Positions 41,960 to 56,569 of a DNA stretch of 64,000 nt are shown here, in pieces. A model generated the notes under the pieces. That model searched no databases. It saw nothing but the letters and a program-made list of their open reading frames with translations, and had not been told where the DNA came from. Numbering within the stretch: position 1 is the stretch's first letter; each line of letters opens with the position of its first letter. Origin of the DNA: Eledone cirrhosa. Taxonomy: Eukaryota. The stretch spans positions 27,384 through 91,383 of the forward strand of contig CAXHJY010001206.1 in assembly GCA_964016885.1 (NCBI GenBank). Direction: 5' to 3'. The translations under genes and the position numbers were made by a program.

Positions 41960-42031
41960 GACTCTTTGGTTTTGAGGAAAGATTCTCTTTTCTTCTGCAA
42001 GATGTCCCGAGTTCAATTTACGGAAAATCCT
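41960..42031 (+). pseudogene. Type D degenerate tRNA-Pro
   Basis: GACTCTTTGG...GATTCTCTTTTCTTCTGCAAGATGTCCCGAGTTCAATT... Confidence 0.6.
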
Positions 42032-42391
42032 GACATTTTATTATCCATTTCCTTTTAAATACAATATACTAAAGGAAAATGATGTTAAAATCTACGTCAA
42101 CGACGCTGGTCGACGTCAGCAGAATTATTTTTTCATTCGAATCTCCAATGAGAAGTCGTGCTGTGGAAACATAAACCAATATAAATACACTCTTCCTCCT
42201 CAGAAATATATAGCAATTGACTTCAGATATCTCACAAAAAGTTAACTATTTATAACACATTGTTATGATAATTATCTTCATAGACAGAAAAAATTGTTAG
42301 ATAACTGAAAATCATACGCATTTAAATTTAGGTTTCATCAGAATTCTGACAATGCAACAGAAAATGGCGTTAGAATCCGAGAAAAAGACTA

Positions 42392-42449
42392 GGGTTCGCC
42401 CGGGACCTCTTGCACCGTTAGTGAAATCATACCTCTAGACCAACGAGCC
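42392..42449 (-). pseudogene. tRNA-Pro with T-arm deletion
   Basis: GGGTTCGCCCGGGACCTC: the T-loop segment is lost. Confidence 0.75.
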
Positions 42450-42885
42450 AACTGGTGAAATGTTTCAAATTACATTACAAATAGTAAATCTATTATATTA
42501 ATTTAAATGACATAATGTAACTTGTATTGTTTCTGTGAAAGAACATAAAAAAGAGAGAAAAACTACAACTTTAATAATTAATGTTATATATTTATCATTA
42601 TTGAAAATTTTGAAGCGTAAAGTCCATAATGATATTGAGAAGTGTTCATATCCTGGACCGCACATAATCGATGAGAGAAACACACCCCTTGTTGAAATAT
42701 AAATATTTTACCTCTAGTTACATAGTTATTTCAAATGTCCAATGTATTTAATGTTCATGAGCTGGATCATGGGTATGAAGACAGAGCTACCTTACTTTGG
42801 CGTGTGAGTTGGTCCCAGGATAAAACCTAGAATGTGCTCTTTCGTGTCTCTCGATTTAATCAACTGATTCAACCGACTGTCATAT

Positions 42886-43001
42886 CTGAGTTCAAATCCC
42901 GCCGAGGTTGACTTTGCCTTTCATCCTTACGGGGTCGATAAAATAAAGTACCAGTAATGCACTGGGTAATTGCTGGCCTTGTGCCTAAAGTAGAAACAAT
43001 T
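42886..43001 (+). mobile_element. SINE family A, 5'-truncated
   Basis: B-box through tail, near consensus. Confidence 0.85.
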
Positions 43002-43251
43002 ATTTATAATAAAGACTTTTTTCAGTACAATGATTCTCATTTCCAATGAGAATCATTGTATTAAATGTTAAAATCACCAACAATACAATTATTATTCTCT
43101 AATTGTTTATAAGACATTTTTATGACAATTATCTCCATAGAAAGAAAGAAAAAGAATTAGATACCTGAAAAATCATATACGTTTAAATTTATGTTTCTTC
43201 AAAATTCTGACAGTGCAGCAGAAATGGAGTTAGAATCCCAGAAAAAGATTA

Positions 43252-43323
43252 AGGCTTGACGGGGAATAGAACTCGAGACCTCTCCCAATCTAAGCCAGAA
43301 TCATACCTCTAGGCCAACGAGCC
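43252..43323 (-). pseudogene. tRNA-Pro-derived pseudogene, anticodon position reads AGA
   Basis: Full length, many stem mismatches. Confidence 0.72.
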
Positions 43324-43554
43324 AACTGGAAAAAGAGCTTCAAATTATATTACAAATAGTAAATCTATTATATTAATTTAAAAGGCAACGAAACTTGTAT
43401 TGTTGCTGTGAAAGAACATAAAAAAAAACAGAGAAAACTACAACTTTAATAATTAATGTTATATATTTATCAGAATCCATAATGATAGTGAGAAATAAAT
43501 AAATAAATGGAAAGGGCTCGATCTAATGAACGTACCTAGAAAACCTGGGTTCAG

Positions 43555-43622
43555 GGTTCTTTGGCTTAGCTGATTCTCGTTCCTTGAGCAAGAGGTTCCG
43601 AGTTCAATTTCCGGAAAATCCC
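43555..43622 (+). pseudogene. Type D degenerate tRNA-Pro
   Basis: GGTTCTTTGGCTTAG...GATTCTCGTTCCTTGAGCAAGAGGTTCCGAGTTCAATTTCCGGAAAATCCC. Confidence 0.6.
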
Positions 43623-43958
43623 GATATTTTATTATCCATTTCCTTTTAAATACAATATACTAAAGGAATAAGATGTTAAAATCTACGTCAACGACGCTGG
43701 TCGACGTAAGGAAATTTTTTATTTTCATTGGAATCTCAAATGTGGAGTCGTGCTGTGGAAACATAAACCAATGTAAATAGATTCTGTTACACTCTTCCTT
43801 CTCAGAAATATATAGCGACTTCAGATATCTCACGAAAAGTTAATTGTTTATAAGACAATTTTATGATAATTATCTTCAGAGACAGAAGGAAAAATATTCG
43901 ATAACTGAAAATCATATACATTTAAATTTATGTAGCGTTAGAATCACACAAAAACATA

Positions 43959-44003
43959 GGGCTCGCACCCTAAGTGAGAATCATACCACTAGACCAACGA
44001 GCC
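43959..44003 (-). pseudogene. tRNA-Pro(AGG) with 27-bp internal deletion
   Basis: GGGCTCG|CACCCTAAG junction at a CTCG microhomology. Confidence 0.8.
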
Positions 44004-44767
44004 AACTGCTGAAGAGTTTCAAATTATATTACGAATAGTAAATCTATTATATTAATTTAAAAGACGTAACGTAACTTGTATTGTTTCTGTGAAAGAAAAT
44101 ATACAGCCAGGTTTGTTGATAATTCTGTCATAACCATATTTTTAATATAACAAGAAAAAATTACAACTTCAATAATTAATGTTATATATTTATCATTATT
44201 GAACAGTTTGAAGCTTAAAATCCATAATGATATTAAGAAATTGGATTAGATAAATGACAAATGTATATATCCTGGACCTCACATAAAGTAGGAGAGAAAC
44301 AAACTCATGGTCTAAAAATAAACATTAAAGCTCTTCTTACATAGTTTATTATATTGCATTTCCAATGTTGTATTTAATGTTGAACCTCTGGATCTTTGGT
44401 ATTTAATCCTGGCTACCCTACTTGGGGATGTGAGTTGGTCCCAGGATCAAACCTGGAATGAACTCTTTCGTGTTTCTCAATTTAATCAACTATTTTAAAC
44501 CGAATGTCATGTTACGTTTATTTCTAATAAAGTCATTGTTTTAGCACAATAATTCTCAATTTCAATGATATCAGTTACATGTTAAAATTACAAACAATAC
44601 AATTATTATTCCTTAATTGTTTATAAGACATTGTTATGACAATTATCTCCATAGACAGAAAGAAAAAAGTATTAGATGACTGAAAAATCATATACATTGG
44701 AATTTATGTTTCATAAAAATTCTGACAGGGCAGCAGAAGTTAGAATTCGAAACTCAGAAAAAGGTTA

Positions 44768-44839
44768 GGGCTCGTCCGGGAATTGAACCCGGGACCTCTC
44801 GCACCCGAAGCGAGAATCATACCTCTAGACCAACGAGCC
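44768..44839 (-). tRNA. tRNA-Pro(CGG), intact
   Basis: Canonical 72-nt body with T5 terminator. Confidence 0.96.
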
Positions 44840-45363
44840 AACTGATAAAACGCTTAAAATTATATTACAAATAGTAAATCTATTATATTAATTTAAAAGA
44901 CGGAACGTATTTCGTATTAACAAAATTTACTTGCATATCGAGTTTTGAAACGTGAGTGTATTAGAATTCGTAGAAAAATGGAAAAACTCGGCGTAAGGAA
45001 GCTGTTAAAACAGCAAGATGCCCGCGAAACGGCGTTGGGTAAAACATTACCCCGAAGGACAGAAATCAGCGGGTCAAAATGAGTTGACTCACTTCGAGCC
45101 GCTGATTTAACAGTTGTTTTAACAGGTGTTTTATTGTTTCTGTGAAAGAACAAAACAACAAACAGAAAATAAAAACAGCCTCGTTTGTTGATAATTCAGT
45201 CATAAGTATATTTTTCTATAAGCAAGCAAAACTAAAACTTAAAAAATTTAATGTTATACGTTTAACATTATTGAATATTTTAAAGCTTAGAATCCATAAT
45301 GATATTGAGAAATAAATAAATGGAAAGAGGCTCGATCTAATGAGCTGACCACAAAAAAATGTA

Positions 45364-45409
45364 GGGCTCGTCCGGGAATTGATCCCGGGACCTCTCGCAC
45401 CCTAAGCGA
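45364..45409 (-). pseudogene. tRNA-Pro(AGG) 3' two-thirds, 5'-truncated
   Basis: GGGCTCGTCCGGGAATTGATCCCGGGACCTCTCGCACCCTAAGCGA fused to another module. Confidence 0.8.
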
Positions 45410-46164
45410 TATTAAGAAATTGGATTAGATAAATGACAAATGTACATATCCTGGACCTCACACAATCTATGGGAGAACCATCATGAGAAATGGTCCCAGG
45501 ATCAAACCTGGAATGAACTCTTTTGTGGTTCTCGATTTAATCAACTATTTTAAACCGAATGTCATGTTATGTTTATGGATCGTGATTTTTATGTTTATAT
45601 AAAAATGTGTGTGAGTTTGTATGTATAAAAATGTGCGTATGTAGGCTTTGGTAATTTGTGCGTGTCAAAGTGTGCCGTTGGGTGTGAGGGTTACGTATAT
45701 GTGTGTGTATGTCATCTTGTCCTGTACCAATGTCTCTGTGTCTACGTTTGTATGCATGCATGTATTTTATATAGTTTTTGTGTGCGAGCATTTTCAGTGC
45801 AGTAAATGAGAACGAGAGAGAGAGAGAGAGAGAGAGACCTCGTGCTAATAGTCATTAGTATTGCTATGAACATTTTTTGAAGAACCTTGGGATGGCATCT
45901 TAGGTTGAGCTCAAATGAAAATATCTTTTATATCCAATTCAGTTTCGTGTTCAAATCTCACCGGAGTGGTTTTGGCTTTTGATTCTTGCCGAGTCGATGA
46001 AATAAATTATCAGGCAAATACCATGGCCAATGAAAACGATTTTGAAGGCTTACAGTATTGTTTTCAGATTGTATACGACCTTTTGAGTGGGATGTTACAG
46101 ATAACTTATAGGGATTCTTTTTTAGTATTTATATACAAGTATTATCATCATTACTATTAAGAAG

Positions 46165-47010
46165 GAACGCGATCTGGGTTTCTGAGAATCACTCGGCTAA
46201 TTTACAACATTTTTCAATCTTTTTCCCCATGTACACATATGACAATGGTGATCACTTTTGCTGTGGGTATACTGAAATAAATCCATCAATACTGACAACT
46301 TTGTCAGGCATACCCAAAATTTATTCGGTTTCCTGGTTAAATCCAGATACATTTCAGTCGCTTCCTTTGCTTGGATTTGGTTAAAGCAAACTCTGACACT
46401 GCACACAGTTTTCTTCTGTTATAATCAATCATATCAGGTTTCTTCAATTCACTTATACAATGAAATTTGCAGCAAGAAATCCCATAACATTCTACAACTA
46501 ATCTTTTCAATAACAGCTTCCGGTTTTTGTTGGTAGCAATTTTCGTTTATTTCAAAACCATATTCCTTAAGAACTTCCGAGTGCCTTTGTCCGTATTCTG
46601 TCATCTCTTCTTCTTTAGTATTCTTTATGTGCCATCTTGTTGGCATTCACATACAAGATAATTTAGAACACCCATTTACTTTGCCGAACATCCAATGATA
46701 TCTTATTGGTTTTGTCAATTTTGCTTGAGTAAGTTTAGTACTAATTGTTTAGTCTTGTGCAGCCATGATAAGGGTTTTGCGCCCTCGCTTTAATCCCCTA
46801 TCTTTCATCCGTAGCCATCGTTCCTTTATAGTTATAGCTTCTCTACTTTTTCTTCTGAGATGCCTATCCTTCCGATCGTTTTCTATTTCTTGAATTACTT
46901 AGCTATTTCCGGATATGTCCATCGATCTTCCCGCTTTCATACACAAGCACCTCTTTATATTCTTTCTTTTTTAAACATATCTCTTTTAATCCTATAATGG
47001 CCAAATTCAT
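46165..47010 (-). mobile_element. Decayed R4/Dong-like (RLE-type) non-LTR retrotransposon C-terminal fragment
   Basis: Frameshifted motifs GLKR..LIMAAQD, KEYGF..KPEAVIE..MLWDF and KPDMI. Confidence 0.65.
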
Positions 47011-47041
47011 CGTGCCTATGGCAACCCCCCTCCTCCTCCCC

Positions 47042-47047
47042 TACTAT

Positions 47048-47113
<66 letters not shown>

Positions 47114-47400
47114 CACTATTGTTGTTGTTCATAATTTTGTATACGGTATGCACATTTCCACATAGATATGCACATAGGTATGCACATTTCCACATAGCTT
47201 ATGTGTGTATCATATCAGGTTTCTAAGGTATGTATGTATGTATGTATGTATGTATGTATGTATGTATGTATGTATGTATGTATGTATGTATGCATGTATG
47301 CATGTATGTATGTATGTTTGTGTGTTTGTATGTATGATTGTATGCATGTATGTATGTATGTTTCTGTGTTTGTATTTATGTATGTTTATATGTATGTGTG
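47042..47400. repeat. (CTA)n and (TATG)n microsatellites
   Basis: Direct reading. Confidence 0.9.
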
Positions 47401-48267
47401 TCTGAGAGTGTACATATATAAGAGTGTACAAATAGATAAAGACATACACAAACTCACACATACGTACACTCATTTATTTACATATTCATGCTATCATTCT
47501 AGTGTACTTATCAACATACCTAGACACACATCCACATATCTGTAAGTAACTAATTTAATATCAATTCACCAGTGTGATATCTATCTATATATTAGCTGTC
47601 TATGTTTCCCCTGAATTAGATACTTTCAATCATTTTCTATGCTAAAATGATTCATTATTAAATACAGCGACCCTGTCATCTATAATAATCAATATAGCCT
47701 GCAGACGAGACAGCACTCTTTTCATAACCATTGATGATCTGTGTCTAGTTCAAATCTGATTGCACTTACACCTCTCAAGCCATCCTGTCTCTGGTTATAT
47801 AAATGTCGTTCTTGCTGTTTCATGGAATCTTGCTCTCGTTAAGTCAGTACTAAAAACGATAAAGCAATCGGATATATTCCCGACACAATAAACCATTGTT
47901 TCCTTTCACTTATATCGCTTACATACAAGATTAATTAACAAGAAGGTTATTAGGAAATAGCTGCCATCCAAGAAGAATTTCACAGCGTTTGCTGTTACGA
48001 TTCCGTTCTGAAAGAATCTATCCGTACACTTTATTAAACTTTATAGTTCATGTTTGGATCCTATGCTATCATCTGTTCCTTTGAACTAACTGCCTTTATT
48101 CTACTTTCACCGGAAACCTCTCTCTATACTCACCGTACAAACTACCATTCGTAGGTTAACAGCGTCATTTCGCAATATGTCGCTTTATTTAAAACTTTCA
48201 ATAAACACCGTGTAGACTTATTCCACTCTAAAGCCTGCAGCACACCAAAACACTCTACTTCGGATTG

Positions 48268-48313
<46 letters not shown>

Positions 48314-48376
48314 TATAAATTGAAACAAAATGAAAACGAAATTTCATTTCTCACTCTTAGTATGGCACTTACTTAA

Positions 48377-49207
<831 letters not shown>

Positions 49208-49208
49208 G

Positions 49209-49278
<70 letters not shown>

Positions 49279-49325
49279 CACACACGCACTCAAACACACA
49301 CATATAAATACTTACATACATACAT

Positions 49326-49356
<31 letters not shown>

Positions 49357-51728
49357 CATATATATAGGCATAATACATGCACACACGCACTCAAACACAC
49401 ACACATAAATACATATATACATACATACACACATATATATATAAATATATATATGTATGTATATTTATATATATATATATATATATACATGCGTACATAC
49501 ATACATATATACATAAATACATACATATACACAAACATGATGCCCCGTCGTTATCGAGTATGGCCATTGCACGATATACCATTATTAAGAATTATTAACT
49601 AATTATATCGTGCAATACCTGTGCGTGAAGTTATTTTGTAAAGTGAGGAAAGACTGTGCACTGAGCCAATCCCACTCTCTGAGCGACAGTAGCTATAACC
49701 CGAAAAGAAGAAATGATCAACATCATCAGTAACTACTGAGCCGCAGGTTTTATATCGGAGTTATCCCAGTTTCCTGAGTTGTCTTCTCCTAGAAGAATGC
49801 CCTGACAAAGGCTAGGAGTCCTTCACTCCCAGTGGTTTAACCGCGCGATCGGGTGTCCAGCCCAATTATGTCTATGTCCCCGCGCATATACATACACATG
49901 CACCCATGCATATACACATATACATATACACACATATGTACATGTGTATATACATATTTATACACTTCTGGATGGCCGTTGACTCTTATGAGTTCTTCCG
50001 CCCTTTGTCAGGTTTTGTTTTGTGTCTTGCAGGGTGTCCAAAATCAACCTCCTCACCAAGTAAACTTAAACATACATGCATGCATACATACATACATGCA
50101 TGCACACATACATACACACATACATACATACATATTGCATCTAATAACTGCATATACACATGTACAGATACTAAGCATATACACATGCACACATACAACT
50201 CAAAACATCCACATCCACACATACAATAACATCCATATCTACACATGCATGCATGCAGACATACATACATATCTACCTAGTTGATGTTGTGTAAATTCCA
50301 ATGAGAGAGTCTTGTGTCTATGTTAGAAACCGACTCTCTCTCTATTGGTAAAAACTTTGTCAAATTATAAAACCAGAAGAACATACAAACATAGAGGGTT
50401 TCCGCATAACAAAGCTTATTGGCCAGCTCGAGCCTATGGTAGTTTTATGATATAGTACCGAACACAGAACTAAATGTTTGCAAAGAGAACTTCTTAAACA
50501 AAAGATATTCATTCGCCCCGCTAGAATCATATCGATTGCTTCCGATTAACACAGGGCATGTTTTCTAAAGAAAAAGTCAGGCTGGTCTGAGTGAACCTAG
50601 ATGATTACTGATAATAGACATCCCACTTGCATGGGATCAAGCATACAGCAGTGATGCACTTCTCTTATATAAAGGAGCATCCATCTATTCACGTGTTCTG
50701 ATTTTTTTTCATAAACCATTGGGGGGATGGGGGAGTCAGTGCGAATAAGCCTTCCTATTTTTTAGGCCTTCCAACCAAGGATTATATCCTCAAATAGGAG
50801 ACCTGACATGAGTTCTTCGTCAAAGTAATTTAAAAACTAGGTGGAGGTGTTAAACCGGGTAATGGGATTATGTCCGACATCTAAAAGCTCCGTATATAGA
50901 GAGCCGAAACAAATGCCTTTAAACATCTCCTCAGACATTCTAACTTTTCCGTCAAACTGTCGACCTGGATTGCTACATGTTTGATCAAGCTTGAATAGAC
51001 GGAAGATAAAGTTGATCTAAGCGAGATTTGAAATTAGAGCACAGACAGGCTGCACAAATTCCGCAAGGTATTTTCTAAACGCTCTAACGACTCTGTTATT
51101 TCTCGACTCTGTCATTATACTGCAGCCACGTAAATGTAAGGACATCCTGGAATAATTACCACTATAGGCGTTGAGCTGGCCAGCCGCAGGTGTGAGCCTC
51201 GCGAGATGGAATGGCTCTTCCACCGTATCTCCCTTACCATCCTCCGGGGAAACGCCTTCTCCATTTTGTCTGCCGGGGCTGTGGGGAGGCCAGCACGTGG
51301 GACCCCATTTGTTCACCATACAGAGAGATGGGGGAGGGCGGGAGAGATGGAGGCGATGGCAGTGGTTGTTTGGCTCTTCGGACCATATCCTTGTATACAA
51401 TGCATTATACACACCCCACAAAATATATCACATCTATTAGTAGCTTATTAGTAATAGAATGTCCTAAATAACATCCATCTTACTGATTATTCATTGAAGC
51501 ATCGCTTGCTGTAAGGTATTTAGGTATAATTAAATTGCTGCAATATGTTCTGGCAAATACAGATTCATATAAAGAATTCACATGTTTATTTGATTTCTTT
51601 CTATCATTTATCTTATCTCCACACCCACAACCACACAATAATACAACCGTCTTTCTGATAATGAGTATATGATAAATATTAGCAGTGTTCTCTATCTTCT
51701 GCAATACATCATAATTAGTTAGGTTCCA

Positions 51729-51861
<133 letters not shown>

Positions 51862-52251
51862 GTATAGGAAAAGGGAAAAGAGTAAGCTAGATCTGAACTA
51901 ACCCAGGGTTAGTTCGGATTTAGCTGTCGAAACGGCTGGAGCTCAGCCGTCGGGGTCCTGGCTTTTTTCCCATTACCCACTCTACTACCCTAAGTATCGA
52001 GTACTCTGGTGCGTTATGGTCCACCTGGTTTCTTACCACACTTTCTTTGTTATATATATATATATAGTAGAAAGTCGGGGCCAACGGCTGGGCTCTTGCC
52101 GTTTCGAACTCAGCTGTCGGGTCCCGACTCTCTAATATATTTACACTCCCACTATCCCAAGTAAAGAGGACTCTACTGAATAATGGTCTTACTAGTATAA
52201 AACTGGGAAAATCCTGATCTCTCTCTCTCTCGCCCTCTCTCGCTGACACTT

Positions 52252-52299
<48 letters not shown>

Positions 52300-52349
<50 letters not shown>

Positions 52350-52980
52350 AATAATGGAAGGTCTGTGGGTTTGCGTACGGTTTATTTTTTTTTATCCCGT
52401 TCGTAAAATAGGTTGGATTACTTTGAATAAATAATTGTTTCTACTTTTGGCACAAGGCCATCAATTATCCAGTACATTACTGGTACTTTATTTTATCGAG
52501 CCCGTAAGGATGGAAAGCAAAGTTAACCTCGGCGGGATTTGAACTCAAACGGTAAAGAGACGTAACTATGCTGGAAAGCATGGCGTCCGACTCTCTACCG
52601 ATACTGCCAATCCACCGAATGAATATTACATAATTTATCTACTAAATGTTGGGTGTATTCATTAAATATATTTTGTTTATTTAAAGATTCACTTCTTTAA
52701 CATTTCTGAAATGTCAACATTTCCGGTGGCGATCGCTTAAATAAACATACTAATTTTCCGTCACTAATTTTCTCCTAATGCAGTTTCTAAACTATAATAA
52801 TATATATAATATCGTCTTTTTTAATGTATCATGGAATACGTTACTGATCACATAAGTCTTCGTTCAATTTCTATGTATTAAATATTGTCAATTACGATTT
52901 TATTTGATGTATCATATCTACATGTATATATATGCGCGTATAATATCAATATACACACCGAAGGGTGGTTTTTCTGCTAG
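52300..52980 (+). mobile_element. Probable non-autonomous Helitron; 5' boundary uncertain, SINE nested inside
   Basis: 3' hairpin CACCGAAGGGTG followed by GTTTTTCTGCTAG|T, the same CTGCTAG terminus as the other two Helitrons. Confidence 0.45.
52431..52617 (-). mobile_element. SINE family A, full length
   Basis: Tail-to-head match ending CCGATACTGCCAATCCACC. Confidence 0.88.
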
Positions 52981-53325
52981 TATATATATATATAAATAAA
53001 ACACATACACATGTATATATATGTATATATATAATAATGTGTGTGCCTATAGGTGGGTGACCGGCTGTGTTTATGTCCCGACAAGAATGAGATCGATCGA
53101 CAAAATAAGTACAAACGTTAAAAAAAAAAGTGACGACGTACGTAGTGATCTCACCTTAATAGACATAACAGCTAAGTCTCCAACCGTCTTAACAAAGGAA
53201 GGAAACAGTAAACAATGTAGTTATCTGTCTTTCCAGGAGGGCTAATTTAGAATTAAAAAAACAATAACAAAAACGACTCGACCCATGATTAAAGGTATTA
53301 CAGCCGTAATTAGTCTGTGTATATA

Positions 53326-53510
53326 TAATTGTTTCTACTTTTGGCACCAGGGCAGCAATTACCCAGAACATTACTGGTGCTTTATTTTATCGATTCGGTA
53401 AGGATGAAAGGCAAAGTTAACCTAGGCGGATTTGAACTCAGAACGCAAAGGGCCATAACTCTATGCTGCAAAGCATGGTGTCTGACGGTCTACTGATACT
53501 ACCAAACCAC
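53326..53510 (-). mobile_element. SINE family A, near full length, with probable TSD
   Basis: AGTCTGTGTATATATA occurs on both sides (53312-53327 and 53511-53526). Confidence 0.85.
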
Positions 53511-54014
53511 AGTCTGTGTATATATAGTACTACATAGTACTACATTGTCCGATGTGTCAATCGCTTTTTAGACAGTAGTTTCTGATCTAAAGAATATTTG
53601 GCTATTATATCTAGCAGATTGTGCGGTCACAATATGGGTTCTCTCTCGAGAGTTCTGTATATTAACTGAGACGAAAAGAGTCGTTTTGATAAATAATAAA
53701 CAAACAATTAATTAAATAAACATATAAGCTAAAACAAAATATCAAATATAAGAACATATCAAAACAAGTATAAAAAAATCATTTACAAAAAAAAAAACAT
53801 ACGAAAAAGCACTTGTTCCACTCCTCAAATCTAGACAACCCGGCAAACATCTAAGATGAAGGTCTCTTGGGGTATAGGGTTTCTAAAAGGACCGTCCCTT
53901 TGGAGACGAAGAGGCGGTGAAGCATGAAGATACTGTTGGATCAACTTACAAAGTAACATTTGACGACTATTAAATACTCTGCTAACGAATGATAATAAGT
54001 ACAAATGTCGTAAA

Positions 54015-54480
54015 AATAACAACAACAACATCAACAACGACAACGAGAGCATACTCACAACAATAACAACAATAACAGCAACAACGCTGACAGCAAGACT
54101 CACAGCAACATCAACATCAACGACGATGCCGACGACGACGACGACGACGTCAGCAACACTCACAACAGCAACAACATCAACAACGACGCGACGACGACAG
54201 CAACACTCACAACAACAACAACAACGACACCGACGGCAACACTCACAACAACAACAATAACAACAACAACGACGACATCAATACTCACAACAATAACAAC
54301 AGCAATAATAACGATAGCAACAACCACAACAGTAGTAATAACAGCAGCAATGACGACGGCGACGATGCCGTCGACAGCAATTCTCACAACAACGGCAACA
54401 ATAACAACAGCAATAAAAACAAGAATAACAACACTAACAACAACAATAACAATAATAACAGTAATAACAACACTACAGCA
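54015..54480. repeat. Degenerate (AAC/GAC/AAT)n trinucleotide tract
   Basis: Direct reading. Confidence 0.9.
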
Positions 54481-54803
54481 ATAATGGTTTCTTATATAGG
54501 CATAAGGCCAGACATTTTGGGAGAGAGAAAAGTCGATTAAATCGACACCAGTGCGTGGCTGGTACTTTATTTTATCGACCCTATAAGGATCAAAGACAAA
54601 GTATACCTCGGTGGGATTTGAACTCAGATCATAGAGGGCCGTAACTCTATGCTTATTATGATCTGAGATCAAATCCAGCCGAGGTTAACTTTGCCTTTCA
54701 TCCTTACGGGGTTGATAAAATAAAGTACCAGTAATGTAGGTTCGATTTAATCGACTTCCCCTCCCCCAAAATGGATGGTCTTGTGCCTATATAAGAAACC
54801 ATT
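54481..54803. mobile_element. Two 5'-truncated SINE family A copies in inverted head-to-head arrangement
   Basis: 54481-54652 on minus, 54662-54803 on plus. Confidence 0.82.
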
Positions 54804-55207
54804 AACACACAGCAATAACAGCACTAACAACAATAATAACAACACTAACAACAGCAATAACAAAACTAATCATAATAAAATGAAATTCAACAGAAGAATA
54901 TAAAAAAGATATAGAAATGTTGTTGTTACACTTCAAAAACTCGTAGTTCTAATTTACTGCCTCTTGTATATGGCGTTCAAAGTTTCTAATGTCCTTCAAC
55001 AGACGTAAACAGTAGGGGGCGCTATTTCATTGTCGACAAGCGTTTGGTGTTCATATTTGTCTATCTTTGTTCTTGTTGTTGTTGCTGGTATTAATGTATC
55101 CATGACTATAGGTCGGCCAAACACATACACATAATTACACATATACACTCGCCCAAAGATGCTCACATGCTGTTCTGTACTAGACGCATGCATCAGTAAT
55201 TTACACA

Positions 55208-55295
<88 letters not shown>

Positions 55296-55352
55296 CATCC
55301 ACCGCCCCTCTCTCTCTTTCTATCTATCTATCTATCTATCTAACTATCCATC

Positions 55353-55388
<36 letters not shown>
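55208..55388. repeat. (TCTA)n microsatellite
   Basis: Direct reading. Confidence 0.95.
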
Positions 55389-55389
<1 letters not shown>

Positions 55390-56346
55390 GACAGTAAATG
55401 GGCGACTGGCACATCGAATGTGCTCAGGCGCTCACAGCCCTCTGGCAGGCGGACCCGGCGATCAGTGGAGACTCCACTTCGTCATTCTATAGAGGGTTAA
55501 TCCGCAGCAAGTTCGACGACGTGCTCGGTGAAACTCTAGGCGTAGAGGAAGATGAACTGGCCAGTCTGTTCGGTAGGACCTTCCGCCCGGGACCAATATG
55601 GACAACTTCCAAAAGTCCCTGGCCTGGCAGTGCTACCGAGGAGCTCTACTAGTTCGAGACAAGCTCTACAGACATGGCCGCCCGGGCAGGAACCCTGCAA
55701 AAAAGATCTGTCCGAGGTGCGTGCGAGACGAAGAAACCGTCGCGCACGCATTCATACACTGCCCGGGCGTCACCGACCTGTGGGGCTATGTAGAACGACT
55801 ATTGTCGCGGGTGGGACCAATCCGGTTGACCACCGAGTCCATTGTCATGATCAAACCGACACCCTCCTTCAAAAACGAAGGAGAGGCGGTTTTCCTTTGT
55901 TTGATAGCTACGGCGAAAGAGGTTGTATGGTGGACAAGGTTGAAAGGGCTGAGGTCAGACACCTTTCTCTCCGGCCAACAACTGATTCTTTTTTTTCAAA
56001 TGCCACTTTGTAAGAAGAATCAGGATGGAGAGAGAGGTGCTGTATCCCAGCAAGTTTTATGAAAGGTGGGTGAAAGTGGCGAGAATGACCCGAGTGAATG
56101 GGCCTTCTCTCTATATCAGCCTGTAGGTTGAGGAAAAAGGGGAGGAGAGGAAAGGAGTACAAACTCTTCGTACTCCTGGAGATGAGGGTTGCACATTTTT
56201 TCGGGGGTATGTGTTACCCATATTGGGGAAAATCGACTAAATTTTAAATTGCATTTGTGATAATATTTTACACGTTTTTATTGTATGTAAACTTCCCCCT
56301 TTGTATTTGTCCCCTTCTTTTGTGTCCCTGTGGCTAATAAAGAAAC
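55389..56346 (+). mobile_element. L1/Tx1-like LINE 3' end (zf-RVT/CCHC region plus 3' UTR), 5'-truncated
   Basis: LAWQCYRGALLVRDKL..CPRC..ETVAHAFIHC with frameshifts; UTR ends GTGGCTAATAAAGAAA. Confidence 0.85.
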
Positions 56347-56362
56347 ATATCTATCTATGTTA

Positions 56363-56521
56363 CAAAGTTAACCTAGGCAGATTTGAACTCAGTTATGGCC
56401 CTTTGCGTTCTGAGTTCAAATCCGCCGAGGTTAACTTTGCCTTTCATCCTTACGAGGTCGATAAAATAAAGTACCAGTGATGCATTGGGTTAATCGCTCG
56501 CCTTGTGCAAAAAGTAGAAAC
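56363..56521 (+). mobile_element. SINE family A, 5'-truncated, with a short inverted copy of itself at the 5' junction
   Basis: AAAGTTAACCTAGGCAGATTTGAACTCAG versus CTGAGTTCAAATCCGCCGAGGTTAACTTT. Confidence 0.82.
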
Positions 56522-56569
56522 TTTATACGCCCCTGTGGCAAATAAAGAAAGTTATCTTACATACATCAT

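Noticed and set aside
50700-51470. GC-richer segment with several short ORFs and a faint integrase-like SNPGRQF word
   Set aside because: No consistent frame or catalytic motif set; left unclassified.
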